DNA of 64,000 nucleotides from assembly GCA_012295275.1 (NCBI GenBank), contig CM022669.1, positions 7,316,001-7,380,000 of the forward strand, read 5' to 3'. The position numbers and the translations under genes are program-made. Origin of the DNA: Chrysomallon squamiferum. Lineage: Eukaryota; Animalia; Mollusca. Shown piece by piece: positions 11,789 through 24,658 of the stretch. Position 1 is the stretch's first letter. Every line of letters starts with the position of its first letter. The notes under the pieces are model-generated. The model did not search any database. It was not told where the DNA came from and worked only from the letters and a program-made list of their open reading frames with translations.

Positions 11789-13126
11789 CGACGACAAATT
11801 GATGAGATAAAATGAAAAATGAATATTAGCAATGAGCGAAATAATGGATGGAGGTATACTGGGTGACACTACTTTGAGCGGTTGTATGCTGGGTATCAGT
11901 ATATTGATTGGGAGTTTGCTGGTTTGCGAAATAACAAGGCTGGACTGTAAATTATTACAATTAATACGAGACGTGTAACAAAAGCACTACAGAAATTATA
12001 TTACATATTTAATATTAATAATAATAAAGTTTAATCTGCAACAGATGTTATCTGCCAACGAACGCAAATGAATCAAATATGAGATGACGATTTTTTTATC
12101 GATAATTTAAAAATGAAACAGAATACGTGTTTTTTTTTTCTCCCTTTAATTTAAATAATGAAAACGATTAGAACAAAATGGAAAGAAACGGAAAAGGATT
12201 AAGATTAAAATAGTACCTCAAAATGTTTTAAATTGCATAATATAATATAATCATAATAGTAATTATTATTGAAGTGGTCGAAATAGTAGTAGAAAGTGCT
12301 TCTGTAATTGTAGCAGAAGTAGAAGTGTCTTAGTTCTGAAGGATTTTAAAATAATCAAAATTTACATTAATAATTCCTTAAGTTAAATCAACATTATTAA
12401 ATCTGGATTCGAGAGAGAGAATATTTAAAAATAAATAAATAAAATGAATAAATATTTTAAAATTAAAATAAATAAAATAAAATAAATAGATAAATGTAAT
12501 AATGAGAAATACCGCAGTAAAGTAGTAGTAGTTGTAGAGGTAATTAAACAAATATTATTTGTACCAATGATTTTTTTTTTTTTTTAAATTCTGATAGGAA
12601 ATTCATTGTTTGCATACATAATAGTACTGGTTTTAGAAGATGAATGATTTTCGTTTTAACCAAAAAGAATGAAAAATAATTTTTATTTTTATTTTATTTT
12701 TTTTTTATATATATATATATATAAATATAGGGACGGCTGAAAGATCTTTAAAAACGAAATTAAATTATCTGTGCAAAATCTGGTTTCAAGCACTATAATC
12801 AAGGTATGAAAGCAATCATTCAAATAACACGTGATTAATTTGCTTTTTATATGTAAATGTGACCTCTAACACACTGAAAATCGAAAAAAAAAATTTAACA
12901 ATAAATAAATAAATAAATAAATAAATACATATAATTTTAATAATAATGTTAATAATAATAAATTAAATTTTCAATGGACTGTTTTTACAGAATAACGTGT
13001 ACATCAGAACTATCTAATATGGAGTTTTGGCAGAGTAACGTGTTGAAAATTAGATTTTTATTTCATATAGTCATCTTTATTATATTATTGTTATTTATTA
13101 TTTTATTTTTATTTTATTTATTTATT

Positions 13127-13162
<36 letters not shown>

Positions 13163-14013
13163 GCGATGTCGGGGTTTTAAACTTCCAAATTCAACAATTT
13201 TATGTCCCAGTCCTGATTTTTTTAATGATTTACACTTTTAAAGGTAAGGGTGTTTGTTCATATTACCAAACCATGATGTACAGCACCTTTCCTAACAACT
13301 TTTTCAACTTAATCAAACTTTTCAAACTGGATTATTTCTGTGAAAATGCGTGCATAGCAAACTGAAATTATAATTTCTTCTAAGACTAATATATTAACTT
13401 TTCTAGTTGGCAATGTGTCAGAATCGTCAGAAAAGAATATTCAGTTGAAGTTTGTACCCATTCAATTGGAGAATGCAGGTGCCATTTTTTCAGGGGAAGC
13501 AATTTGTGCCGTTACAAGTTATCGTTCCTGATGATCCATTCTACTATTAATATCGTACATTCATAGGCTGCACATGGTCATCAAATAGTAAACATTCATA
13601 GGCATAAAGTGTAAGATATACGTTTATAGCTCATACGAGTCACAGTCGTACTCATAGGCATAGTTATACACGAGTCATAGACTAAGACTGCATGGATAGC
13701 ATGATTATTACGATTATCATTATGTACGTGGCCGAGTTAAATGGTTTGATACATCCAGATTTAATATTTTATTTTAATTTATGACATCCAAAGGAAACAC
13801 AACAACCTTCACTTTTAGTATTTTATTTGAAAACATGTAATGGATTGGCATGTAATGGAAATAATTTTAACCATCAATGTTATCTTGATGGAATATCAAT
13901 TGTGTATTATTTCTATTAAATTACATCATTCCAGCCTGTATGTCAAATAATTTGTAAATAAATCAGTGTATCTGTTTATTAAAATGAGTATTTTAGTCTT
14001 CACTTTATTTCAG

Positions 14014-16251
14014 AAAATTAAGTCAGCTTGTCTTCAGCAGATGAATTGCTTGCTGATTTAGAGGAAGGGGGTGAAGATGTTGAACAAGATGAAGAAGAGG
14101 TCCAGGCTGAGACTGCTGATGTTGAAGAGGTTACCATAGATCTGGATAAACAGTACTCCTCAGTCAGCTCTGTAGGAAAGGTGAGAGAGTGTAAAGAGGT
14201 GAAAACAGTCTGAGCAAAACAGACACATATAAAGATATATTGATTTAACTGTGGCTGTGCTGAAATGAGTGCTATGTTATAAATATGACAGATGCAAAAA
14301 AGTGTACTTCAGTCTTCACAGGAACATGCAGATGATTTTAGAATTAAAACCTATTTTTAAGATTGTAACGATTTTTTAATGATAATAATATTAAATATAT
14401 TTGACTGATTACTGATTATTTCTTATTTAATCTCCCATTTTGTTTCAGCTGTCACGGACAATGTATGGAAATATTCCAAGACTTGAAGAAGAGACAGTGG
14501 TAGGTTAAGGCACATTGCTTTCTTTAAAACATTATTCTGAAAAGTAAACTGATATTACAGGGTTCATGTTAGGCTAGAAAAATAGGGAGAAATCACTCTA
14601 GACACATTAGGGTAAGGTGACATTTTGTGAAGGTGAAATGAGACAATACAACATAAAAATAAATAACTCTACTTGTATTCATTGATATTCTGTTTCTAAT
14701 AAAACAGGACCTATAACAAAATATTTTAAACACTCATGCCATAAGTGATCACATTATTAGACAAACATTTTACATTATTAGACAAACATTTTATTCTTAT
14801 ATTGGTTTGTTTGTAATATACTATCATATAATTCTATAGCCAGATGTCCATGTCAGTTAATTTAAGATTTACAAATAAAAGAAGAGTCTCAAACCTGCAT
14901 TTTTAGCTATTCATATTGGTGATTTATTAATAAAATAATTTGACAGAAAAAACAAAACAAAGGAAAATAAAAAGGCAATTTAGAATTTTACTGTAGGTTA
15001 AAAGTAAGGTAAAGTTTAGTACAACAGGGTGAGTTTCTTGCCCATGTTGCCCATTGTGTGAACTGTGTTTTAGTATATTACATTAAATACAAATCAGATA
15101 GCTTTAGTCTTTTCATAAAACACAAACAGTTTGGTCATCAAAATTTATAAAAAGAAATTATGCATGAATTTATTTGTTGTTTCTTTTACTTTTTCAGTTT
15201 CTGGATCTGTTGAGGCTGATCCTGAGTACATGTTGATTGTAACACCTAACAATGTGACTGTAGAGATTGACAGTGAGCTTAGTGAGTTTGTTAAATCACC
15301 AGATAACGATTTGTTTCATACGTGACAAGTAACAAGTTGTCTTCTTCTTTTCATTTCTACCATTAATTGTCATTTCCTGATTTTGTTTTTATCATTCATT
15401 ATCAATTTTAGATCTCTGGTTTATTAAAATAACTTTTTTTTTTTTTTTAATTTGATGTGTGATACACTGTAAACACAAGATATTTATCCACGTTCAGAAT
15501 AAAAAATTACCCGCAGAGTTGGAGGTATTTTGTTGATAGAATCAGATAATGTATTTAATCGTTTTAAACTGATAGCTGCAGATCAGTAGAGAAATACTAG
15601 ATTATCTGTTGATATTTAACATCATGTTTGTAATGTGTGTCTTCTTTCTGTTTTCCACTAATACACAGGGATATACAAGGATTTAGAAATAATGCACTGC
15701 ACATGTTGATGAATTATCTCCCATTTGATGGTTATAAAATCACAGTGTTTGCCTGATCTGTTACCTGAGAAGTACTTACACATTGCTGAAATTATTGGTG
15801 CTTTGTTAACAGACATATATACTACCTCAGTCCCAGCCAATTCAGTTTCTACCTAGTAATTATATAGTTCATCCCATTTATTCTGTTTGTCATTGTTTTG
15901 ACTGCTTGTTTCCCCCTTAGGTAGAGAAGAAACACAATCATAGATCAAAGGTCATGATTCGTGCTGGTCCAATTCGGGCAAGAAATTTTAAAATATGGAA
16001 TATCAATTTTTAATTTATTATCTTGGGATTAACAGTAAAATCATATTTATAGAATACTGAACTGTATAAAAATTTGATTTACCATTTTGATGTTAACCAC
16101 TTTATTTTGGTAATTAATATTATTGTTTTTAAATTTTCTTTTTTTTTTAATGTAATTTACATTTCCTCACTATTTATAACAAATACGTTATTTTGAAATT
16201 TTCCTGTAAGCTTTGTCATCAACTAAATTCCCTTGATTTAAAAACAATAAA

Positions 16252-16290
<39 letters not shown>

Positions 16291-17574
16291 AAAAAGGAAA
16301 TAAAATGTTTATGATGATAGGAAGGATAAACTTGCTGATTTTGACAAACAAACATAAGCACAGATAAGTTTATGTTTGAACTAATGGTAAAAGAACTAAT
16401 CATAGTTAAGCTTTGAATCAAAACTTGTGCTGACTGTGTATTTTGTGATGCATGTTTATCAAATATAATTGTAGGAGGAAAGTCAGGTTCAAATCCTGAT
16501 GGTTTATGTTTATTTTACACAACTTATGTTATTCATAAACATAAAAACAAATTCAGTTGATTTCTTTATTAATGTTAAAGGAATTTGATAAGTTATATTA
16601 TGTTTTTAGTTTTATATATATATTTCTTGTAAGGAATTGTGTACATGTGCTAACAAAATAATTAAATTAATTGTCAATGTATTTATTTATGTTTTTATAG
16701 ATAGATAGATAGATATATAGATAGATAGATAGATAGACATAGATATATGCATAGATTATAGATATATTGTTCATTGTGGTTTTTTTCAGATAGAGCAAGA
16801 TGCCTATGAGGAAGATCTTGGCTTTGCACTTGGTACTCTGTACAAGTCATCATTTGGGAAAATTCCTGGTCCAGTTGTTCATGCCAAAACTAAAGCAAGA
16901 ATATCAGAAACTTTCCAGGTTTGTTTTCAGAAAATGTGTATATACTGTCTGAGCTATTAAAGCATATTTTAAAAAAAAATTTAACCCCCTTTTTTTATCA
17001 ATTTCTCTTAAGGTAGAAATTTAGTTATTTTGGGAAAAGAAAACGATTATGTTTTGTTATACTGACCAAAATAATTGCTAAATAATAAAGAACCACACTG
17101 GTTTAATTTAAGATATCTGTTTTTGTATTTGAGGGATATGTATGTAACCATGTGCAGTATTTAAAATAGCTGATAAGAAAAACTGGCTTAAGAAAGATAA
17201 ATCACCACTGGTTAAAAATGACTAAATGGCTAATCTGTTTTACTTTATAAAGATTCATTTATTTAAGAGAAAAATTCCCATATTTATTATTGCTATTATT
17301 ATTATTTTTCTATCAGATAGAGTATTTATCTATGTTAGAAAACAATTTTATCTTGTTACACTAAATTTAAACACTTTACAATAATGTAGAAACATACTTA
17401 TTGAATTTATTTTTCCATTTTTGTCAATATCTATATGTGTAATTATGTACAATACATAAAATAACTGATTTAAAAAACTGGGCTTTGTAAATATAGACCA
17501 TCATTACTAATTTCTTGACTAAGATGTCTGAATGGTTAATCCAGCTCTTACTTTCTAAAGTTATATTAATGTCT

Positions 17575-17606
<32 letters not shown>

Positions 17607-18251
17607 GATATTCGATACAGTTTGCTATTACATTTTCACAATAACTGCTTTGGTAAAACCCAGTCAAGATACATTTTTAAACTGGTCATCTTTATTTGTA
17701 CTTCAATCTATATTAACTTTTTTCTTCTCTGTTTATTTATTTATTTTATACAAAGTCTGCAATTATATTTTCACAATCAGAATTGTCAAGATTAACTTTT
17801 AAACTGATGAATTGTTTGTTGTCTGTCAACTTGCGAATAATAGCATATTTATACTACATACATTGATTTGTAATGTTTTTTTTCTTCTCTCTCTCAACAC
17901 AGCAAAAGGGAGCAAGCAGCCAAACAATGTTTGGGGAGGCAGTATGACATCATCCAATATCAATGAGATAATTAAAAATCTTTTTTTTTTTTTTTTTTAA
18001 TCTTTAAAATATATATTAAATAAATATACCAAAATTAGTATGGACACTTTGACGTACATTCTGTTCCATGAAAATTAACTTGCAATGCATCATTATGTTT
18101 CATCTTTTCAAGTACTTACTCTATTTATTTATTTATTTATTTCTAGGGACTTGAAATTGTCAATTACAAAGCAGCAGAAAAGAAAGTTCAAGAAACCAAT
18201 CAGAAATATTTTTAATCTACTGCAGGCCTTCATAAAATTGAGAAGAAATAA
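14014..18251 (+). pseudogene. PRPF31: Unprocessed (intron-containing) PRPF31 pseudogene
   Basis: Exons: 14014-14198 (xSSADELLADLEE..., start codon is TTG at 14028); 14449-14503; 15198-15281 (GSVEADPEYMLIVTPNNVTVEIDSEL); 16790-16918 (IEQDAYEEDLGFALG...TKARISETFQ); ~17903-17955 (KQPNNVWGGS, truncated/frameshifted); 18147-18251 (GLEIVNYKAAEKKVQETNQKYF*, premature TAA at 18213). Central Nop-domain exons not recognisable. Confidence 0.88.
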
Positions 18252-18614
18252 TTTAAAAACTATAAAATTCGAAAAATCTCTTTTGTGTTTGGTTTTTGAT
18301 TTTAATGTACAATGTTAATATGAGTGGTTCTTTTATTATTTTTATTTTGATGATTTACTTATTTTTCTTTCAAACATAAAAATAAGAGGATTTCAGTTTT
18401 GAAACTTTTTACTTACAATTACAAATTTAATTTAACAGTAATTTGTCTTTGTCTTTTTCAAAAATAATATAACATTAACAATAAAAAGAGAATTTGCAAA
18501 ATGTTAATAGAAATAAATAGACATTCATCAGTATGTTTAAAATAAAGTTTTGATAGTGATGTTCTTAAATCGTTTTTCATCAACCCATTTCAAAGAAATT
18601 GGGAAAAAAAAAGA

Positions 18615-19242
18615 ATCTTGGAATTTATTATTTATATATAAGAAACAATAAACTACTTGTAGTTTCAAAGAATTTAATTCATAAATCATCACAGTAAATG
18701 TTTATTTTTATTCAAACCATAAGAAATATTTGTCGACTTGAACTAAACATGACTAACGTCCTAGGTTAAAGTTTATGACAGAAGTAGTATGTGTTATACT
18801 CCGACCCCTTTTATGGCCAAAATTTTCATTCAGTATTGATCAGCTTTGTTTAAAACCACATCAATGTTCTCAGTTTTACTGCAAAACAAAGTTTTTATTT
18901 CTTTTAATAGTTTTATTATTTGGAAATACTAGAACGTTCCCATTACAAATTATATGTTAATTGCAAACCACAGGCAAAATCTTATTGATATATATGACTT
19001 CAAAATAAGGTTTAGTGCATGTAATTCATAATCTCAACAGACTCATAAGCTAACAACAACAACATAATAAAAAAAAAAAAGAAAGAAAAGACTTAAAACA
19101 TTATCTTTGAATTTAGTCTATATATAAGAAACAAAAAACTATTTGTATTTTCAAGGAATTTAATTCATAAAGCATGACCGTGAATGTTTATTTTTATTCA
19201 AACCATAACAAATATTTGTCGACTTCAACTAATCATGACTAA
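18615..19242. repeat. Local ~140 bp direct duplication (18615-18756 and 19104-19242)
   Basis: Shared tatataagaaacaa...gaatttaattcataaa...atgtttatttttattcaaaccataa..aatatttgtcgactt..actaa.catgactaa. Confidence 0.8.
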
Positions 19243-19619
19243 ATCAGTACTAAATCAGCATCCCTTATCCATAATCAGAAACTTCTTTTTGAGAAGTGGA
19301 AAAGGTGATATTTTACAGTTTTATGAGCGTACACCAACTTTATTTCATGCAACAATTATTAAAAATATATAAAAAAATAAATTGTATATTGAATTTATTT
19401 TGATTTCATATTCAATCTTCGATTCTATTTCCTTACATTCTGAAATCAAAACACTTCAAATATTCTGGTGATATAAGTGATATCCAACATGTTTTAATAT
19501 TAATATTAAATGCAATTTTATCTAAAGATTTAAAAGGAGTTGCAGTGATGTAACTGAGTCATCATGTAACAAAACAGGGGTAAAGATTTGCACTCTGTCA
19601 TTCTCGGAGTCGTTGGTTA

Positions 19620-19770
19620 CTGTTGTCAGTAGCTGCTAATAAACAAACCTACACGACATAATTTCTAAAGTTCATTTCATGGAGAAATACGTATACAAAG
19701 ACCTCTTACATATAGTATGATTTTAACTTAGTACTACTGATTTCTCGGGAACAGCTACATATTTATAACA
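19620..19770 (-). repeat. Duplicated copy of the region upstream of the multidomain gene (26285-26430)
   Basis: gctaataaacaaaccta, gagaaatacgtatacaaagacctcttac and tgatttctcgggaac are shared and collinear. Confidence 0.8.
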
Positions 19771-20263
19771 GCAACACAGATTAGATAATATATATATATA
19801 TATATACATGTAATATATTATATATAATTAACTTTATTAATGTCTCTTTAATATGAGTTACATGGTTTATGAATATATTTAAATCTTGCAATAGTCTTCA
19901 AATGCCGTTATTTATTTTTGTTGTTGTTGTTATTGAATTAAAATTTTATATTTTATGTCATTATTTTGTTTGTTTTCTTCGTTTTTATTTAGCAGGTGTT
20001 AATAAATTTGCTTATTACAATACCCTTTATTTTATGTCCAGACAAAAATTTAGAACAATCCTAAAAATGCAGTTTAATATTTATTTATTATTAATTATTT
20101 TTCTTGTTCTTGTTGTTTTTCTTTGTTCCGTGAAAACTCTATTTGTGATTAAACAACATATTTGTTAGACTAAAACTAAAAGATTGAATTATTAAACTAT
20201 ATACTGTAGAAATGAAAACATTGCTTTCAAGTTTCCTCTCTGTTATGTTTTAGTTTATTTACT

Positions 20264-20728
20264 TCAGCCAAGGCAACCACCACAAGAAACTCCATTGTTT
20301 ATAACGGTGTATTCGTAAATTGTACGCTTATTTTCTGCCTTGCACTGATGTTCAAACTTATAAGATCTATTGGACATCCACTCTGAACCGTCTAAACATG
20401 TTTGGGCGGCCCATTCAGCTGTTTTGTTATTAGTAACCGTCATGAAATGTTTTTCTTCACCATCTGCTGACTTGTAGAAGCCAATGTACCAACTCAGTTT
20501 AGAATTTTTAATTTCAAATTCCAGCCCAACTTTCATTTCGGATGGTAAGCCACGAAGCTCGGCAGATATGATATATTCCGGAGAGCGTGGTTTTATTTCT
20601 GGAACTGATGGCTTAGAAAGAGAAAGCTTCCATGTTTCTGATGAGAAGAATTTGTCTTTGAAGACGAGAAGTTGTGGCGTTTTGTTACTGACCTGAAAAA
20701 CCAGTCTTTTCTCATTTGCAGGGATGTC
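20264..20728 (-). CDS. Multidomain gene, exon D7 (terminal; DIPANEKRLVFQVSNK...GVSCGGCLG*)
   Basis: Acceptor at 20729-20730, open frame to TGA, AATAAA just downstream. Confidence 0.8.
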   Translation of the reverse strand, partial: DIPANEKRLVFQVSNKTPQLLVFKDKFFSSETWKLSLSKPSVPEIKPRSPEYIISAELRGLPSEMKVGLEFEIKNSKLSWYIGFYKSADGEEKHFMTVTNNKTAEWAAQTCLDGSEWMSNRSYKFEHQCKAENKRTIYEYTVINNGVSCGGCLG

Positions 20729-23700
20729 CTGTAAAATAAAGGTTGAAAATGAAGGTTAAGTTCATTATAACTGATACCTGCTATTCTAGAAATAAATACC
20801 TTTCATCAGAATTAGAAAATAGCTTTTTTTAAATATATATATATATAGACAAGTGTAAAAAGTAATATTTATATTTTTTTCTAGGTACTTGAACTTCTCA
20901 GCCCACAAGCACCAGGAAAGACAGTAGAATTTGCTAATCAGAAATATTCATATACTGCAGCTTTTCACAAAGTGGAAAAGAAATAATTTAATACTATAGA
21001 TGTTATAAAATCTCTTTGTTTTTGATTTTTATGTGCTATCTTAATATGACTGGTTAATTGGTGGTTCTTATGTTACTTTAATTCTGAAGATTTAGTTATT
21101 TTTCTATCAGATATAAAATAAATGACTTTCAGTTTTGAAAGTGTTTACTTACGATTACAAATTTAATTATGAGTAATTTTTTCTTTTATTTTCTGAAAAA
21201 TATTTCATATCTTCCTAAGAATATTAACACATTCCGTGTAATAAGAATTTTTTTATTTTCATCACCTCAGTTCAGATTTAAAAAAACACAAACATGCATA
21301 TATATATATATATACACACACACACATACGTCCATATCTTCATGCATACTTGTTTACAGTCACATACATACATAAATACACAAACGCGCACGCGCACACA
21401 CACATACACACGCACGCACCAATACGTACATATACATACGTACTTATTTAATGATATAAGTAAAAACTGTGCGCTGTTCTTCGATGTTATATTTACGGTC
21501 AAACAGAAACCTTCCATTCGGTGTCATTTGTGAATTACGTAGACATTCTTCCGCAGCCCATTCAGCTGTTTTACCGTGAGCAACCTGCATGAAATGTTTT
21601 GGTTCGGCATCTGATGACTTGTAGAAGCCGATATACAAACTCAGTTCGGTATTTGTAATTTCAAATTCCAGTCCAACTCTAATTTCGTCCGGCAAACCTA
21701 GGAGCTCTGTAATAATGACATCTTTCGATTCTCCTGGTTTTATTTCCGGATCTGCTGGTTTAGAAAGAGAAAGGGCCCATGTTTCTGATGAGAAGAACCT
21801 CTCTTTGAACCGGAGCATTTCCCGCGTTTTATTAATGATCTGAAAAGCCAGTCTTTCCTCATTTACAGGGATGTCCTATAAAATAAATGTTGAAACTATA
21901 GATTAAATTCATGATAACTGATACATGATATCCCAGAAATAAATATTCTTCATCAGAATTAGAAAATAGCTTTTGTATATATAGACAAGTGTAAAAAGTA
22001 ATATTTATATTTGTTTCTAGGCACTTGAAATTGTCAGCCCACAACCAGCAGAAAAGACAGTAGAAGAAGCCAATCAGAAATATTTTTCATATACAGCACG
22101 TTTTGACAAAGTGGAAAAAATATAATTTAATACTATAGACGTTATAAAATCTCTGTATACTATATTAATATCACTGGTTAATTGGTGGTTCTTATTTTAG
22201 TTTAATTTCGAAAAGCAAAAACACAAACATACATGCATATATATATATATTCATACATGTCCATTTCTTGATTCATACTTACTTACAGTCACACACATAG
22301 ATACATACATTCATAAATATACATACACATGCACGCACACACACACAAATACGTACATATACGTACACATTTAATGATATAAGTAAAAACTGTGCGCTGT
22401 ACTTCGATGTTATATTTATAGTGTAGCTGAAACCTTCCATTCGGTGTCATTTGTGAATTATACAGACATTCTTTCGCGGCCCATTCAGCTGTTTTACCGT
22501 GAGCAACCTGCATGAAATGTTTTGGTTCGGCATCTGATGACTTGTAGAAGCCGATGTACAAACTCAGTTCGGTATTTGTAATTTCAAATTCCAGTCCAAC
22601 TCTAATTTCGTCCGGCAAACCTAGGAGCTCTGTAATAATGACATCTTTAGATTCTCCTCGTTTTATTTCCGGATCTGCTGGTTTAGAAAGAGAAAGGGCC
22701 CATGTATCTGATGAGAAGAACCTCTCTTTGAACCGGAGCATTTCCCGCGTTTTATTAATGATCTGAAAATCTAGTATTTTCTCATTTTCAGGGATGTCCT
22801 ATAAAATAAATGTTGAAACTGAAGGTTAAGTTCATGATAACTGATACATGATATTCCAGAAATAAATATTCTTCATCAGAATTAGAAAATAGCTTTTTTA
22901 TATATAGACAAGTGTAAAAAGTAATATTTAATATTTGTTTCTAGGCACTTGAAATTGTCAGCCCACAACCAGCAGAAAAGACAGTAGAAGAAGCCAATCA
23001 GAAATATTTTTCATATACAGCACGTTCTGAAAAGGTGGAAAAAAATTAAATTAATACTATGTATATATATATATATTAATACTATGTATATATATTCAGA
23101 CATACGTCCATTTCTTGATTCAAACTTATTTACAGTCATACACATAGATACATACATTCACAAATATACATACACAACCATGCACACACACACGCACACA
23201 CACAAATACGTACATATATATACGTACACATTTAATGATATAAGTAAAAACTGTGCGCTGTTCTTCGATGTTATATTTATAGTACAGCTGAAACCTTCCA
23301 TTCGGTGTCATTTGTGAATTACGTAGACATTCTTCCGCAGCCCATTCAGCTGTTTTACCGTGAGCAACCTGCATGAAATGTTTTTCTTCTCCATTTGATG
23401 ACTTGTAGAAGCCGATGTACAAACTCAATTTAGTATTTCTGATTACAAATTCCAGTCCAACTTTAATTTCGTCTGGTATGCCTTGGAACTCTGTAGTAAT
23501 GACATCTTTCGATTGACGTGGTTTTATTTCTGGATCTGATGGTTTAGAAAGAGAAAGATCCCATGTTTCTGATGAGAAGAACTTCTCTTTGAACTGGAGG
23601 AGTTTGTTGGTTTTATTAGTGATCTGAAAAGTCAGTTTTTTCTCATTTTCAGGGATGTCCTGTAAATAAATGTTGACATCAAATTTAAAATTTAGTAAGA

Positions 23701-23992
23701 AATGTGAGAACGTCTTTGACCAAAATGAGAATGCGTCATCTGAGTGTTATTCTTTCTACTATTTCTTCTTAAGTTCTAAAATGTTCAATGTAATTGTCAG
23801 AGACTGGGTTCTGTATTCACTCCAAAAGTATTAATAATTCATTAGCTTAGATATATATTAATCAGTTTACAAACAGGACAAATAACTTTGATGATGATGA
23901 TAGATGATGTATAATAAAGTTAGAAAATGATTTTTCTTTTTAAATTAATAATTAAAAAAAAAAAATGTTTTATGAAATTTATTTATTTATTT

Positions 23993-24050
<58 letters not shown>

Positions 24051-24627
24051 TTATTTATTGTGGAAAAGAAATTTTCTTCCTACCTTTTTAATAGTGTAAC
24101 AGAATGTCTGGTTTTCATCTTCTATGGAAGCATGCAAAATGTAGCCACTGCGAATCATTTTAACATCGTCGTCATTGTTTGCTTCATTGCAGGCCCACTC
24201 AGCTGATTTGTTATGATTTATGTCAATGAATGTCTTGTCATTTTTCTTTGGTGTTCTTCTAAAGCCAAAGTAGAAGCGCACTAGTTTTCCTTTTAATTCA
24301 TATTCGAATCCACCTGCCAGTTTTCTTAAGCATCCTCTGGAATCTGTTACAACGATGATTTTGGTTTCGTTAGCTTTGATGTCATATGGTCCATTCGCAG
24401 TAGTTCTGTCGGTTTCGATGGTGCATGACTCCAGCAAAGCAGTTTTATTTTCCATGAAGTTATCTTTGTAAAGTAGATCATCCGGAGTAGCGTTGATTAT
24501 CTTCAAAATGTGCACATTCTGAGAAATATTATAAATTAATCATATTATAATTTGTTAAAATATTTCATTTATTGAATTCATTCATTTGCTTAATAATATT
24601 ATTATTATATGATATTTCAACATTATT

Positions 24628-24658
<31 letters not shown>

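Larger units (their letters stand above)
8300..12080 (-). repeat. Right arm of an inverted duplication (partner ~320-4790)
   Basis: Same reverse-complement matches as the left arm: 11985-12078 vs 323-403, 10225-10256 vs 2315-2350, and the GT31 CDS. Confidence 0.8.

Noticed and set aside
13560-13690. Recurring TCATAGGC-like motif upstream of the PRPF31 pseudogene
   Set aside because: Irregular spacing and few copies; not distinguishable from decayed low-complexity sequence.
15470-15990. Possible remnants of central PRPF31 exons
   Set aside because: Translations after candidate acceptors do not resemble the Nop domain.
20264-23659. CRISPR-like or prokaryotic repeat array interpretation of the periodic structure
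   Set aside because: Units are ~0.9-1.1 kb exon+intron duplications with splice sites; no short repeat-spacer pattern or cas genes.
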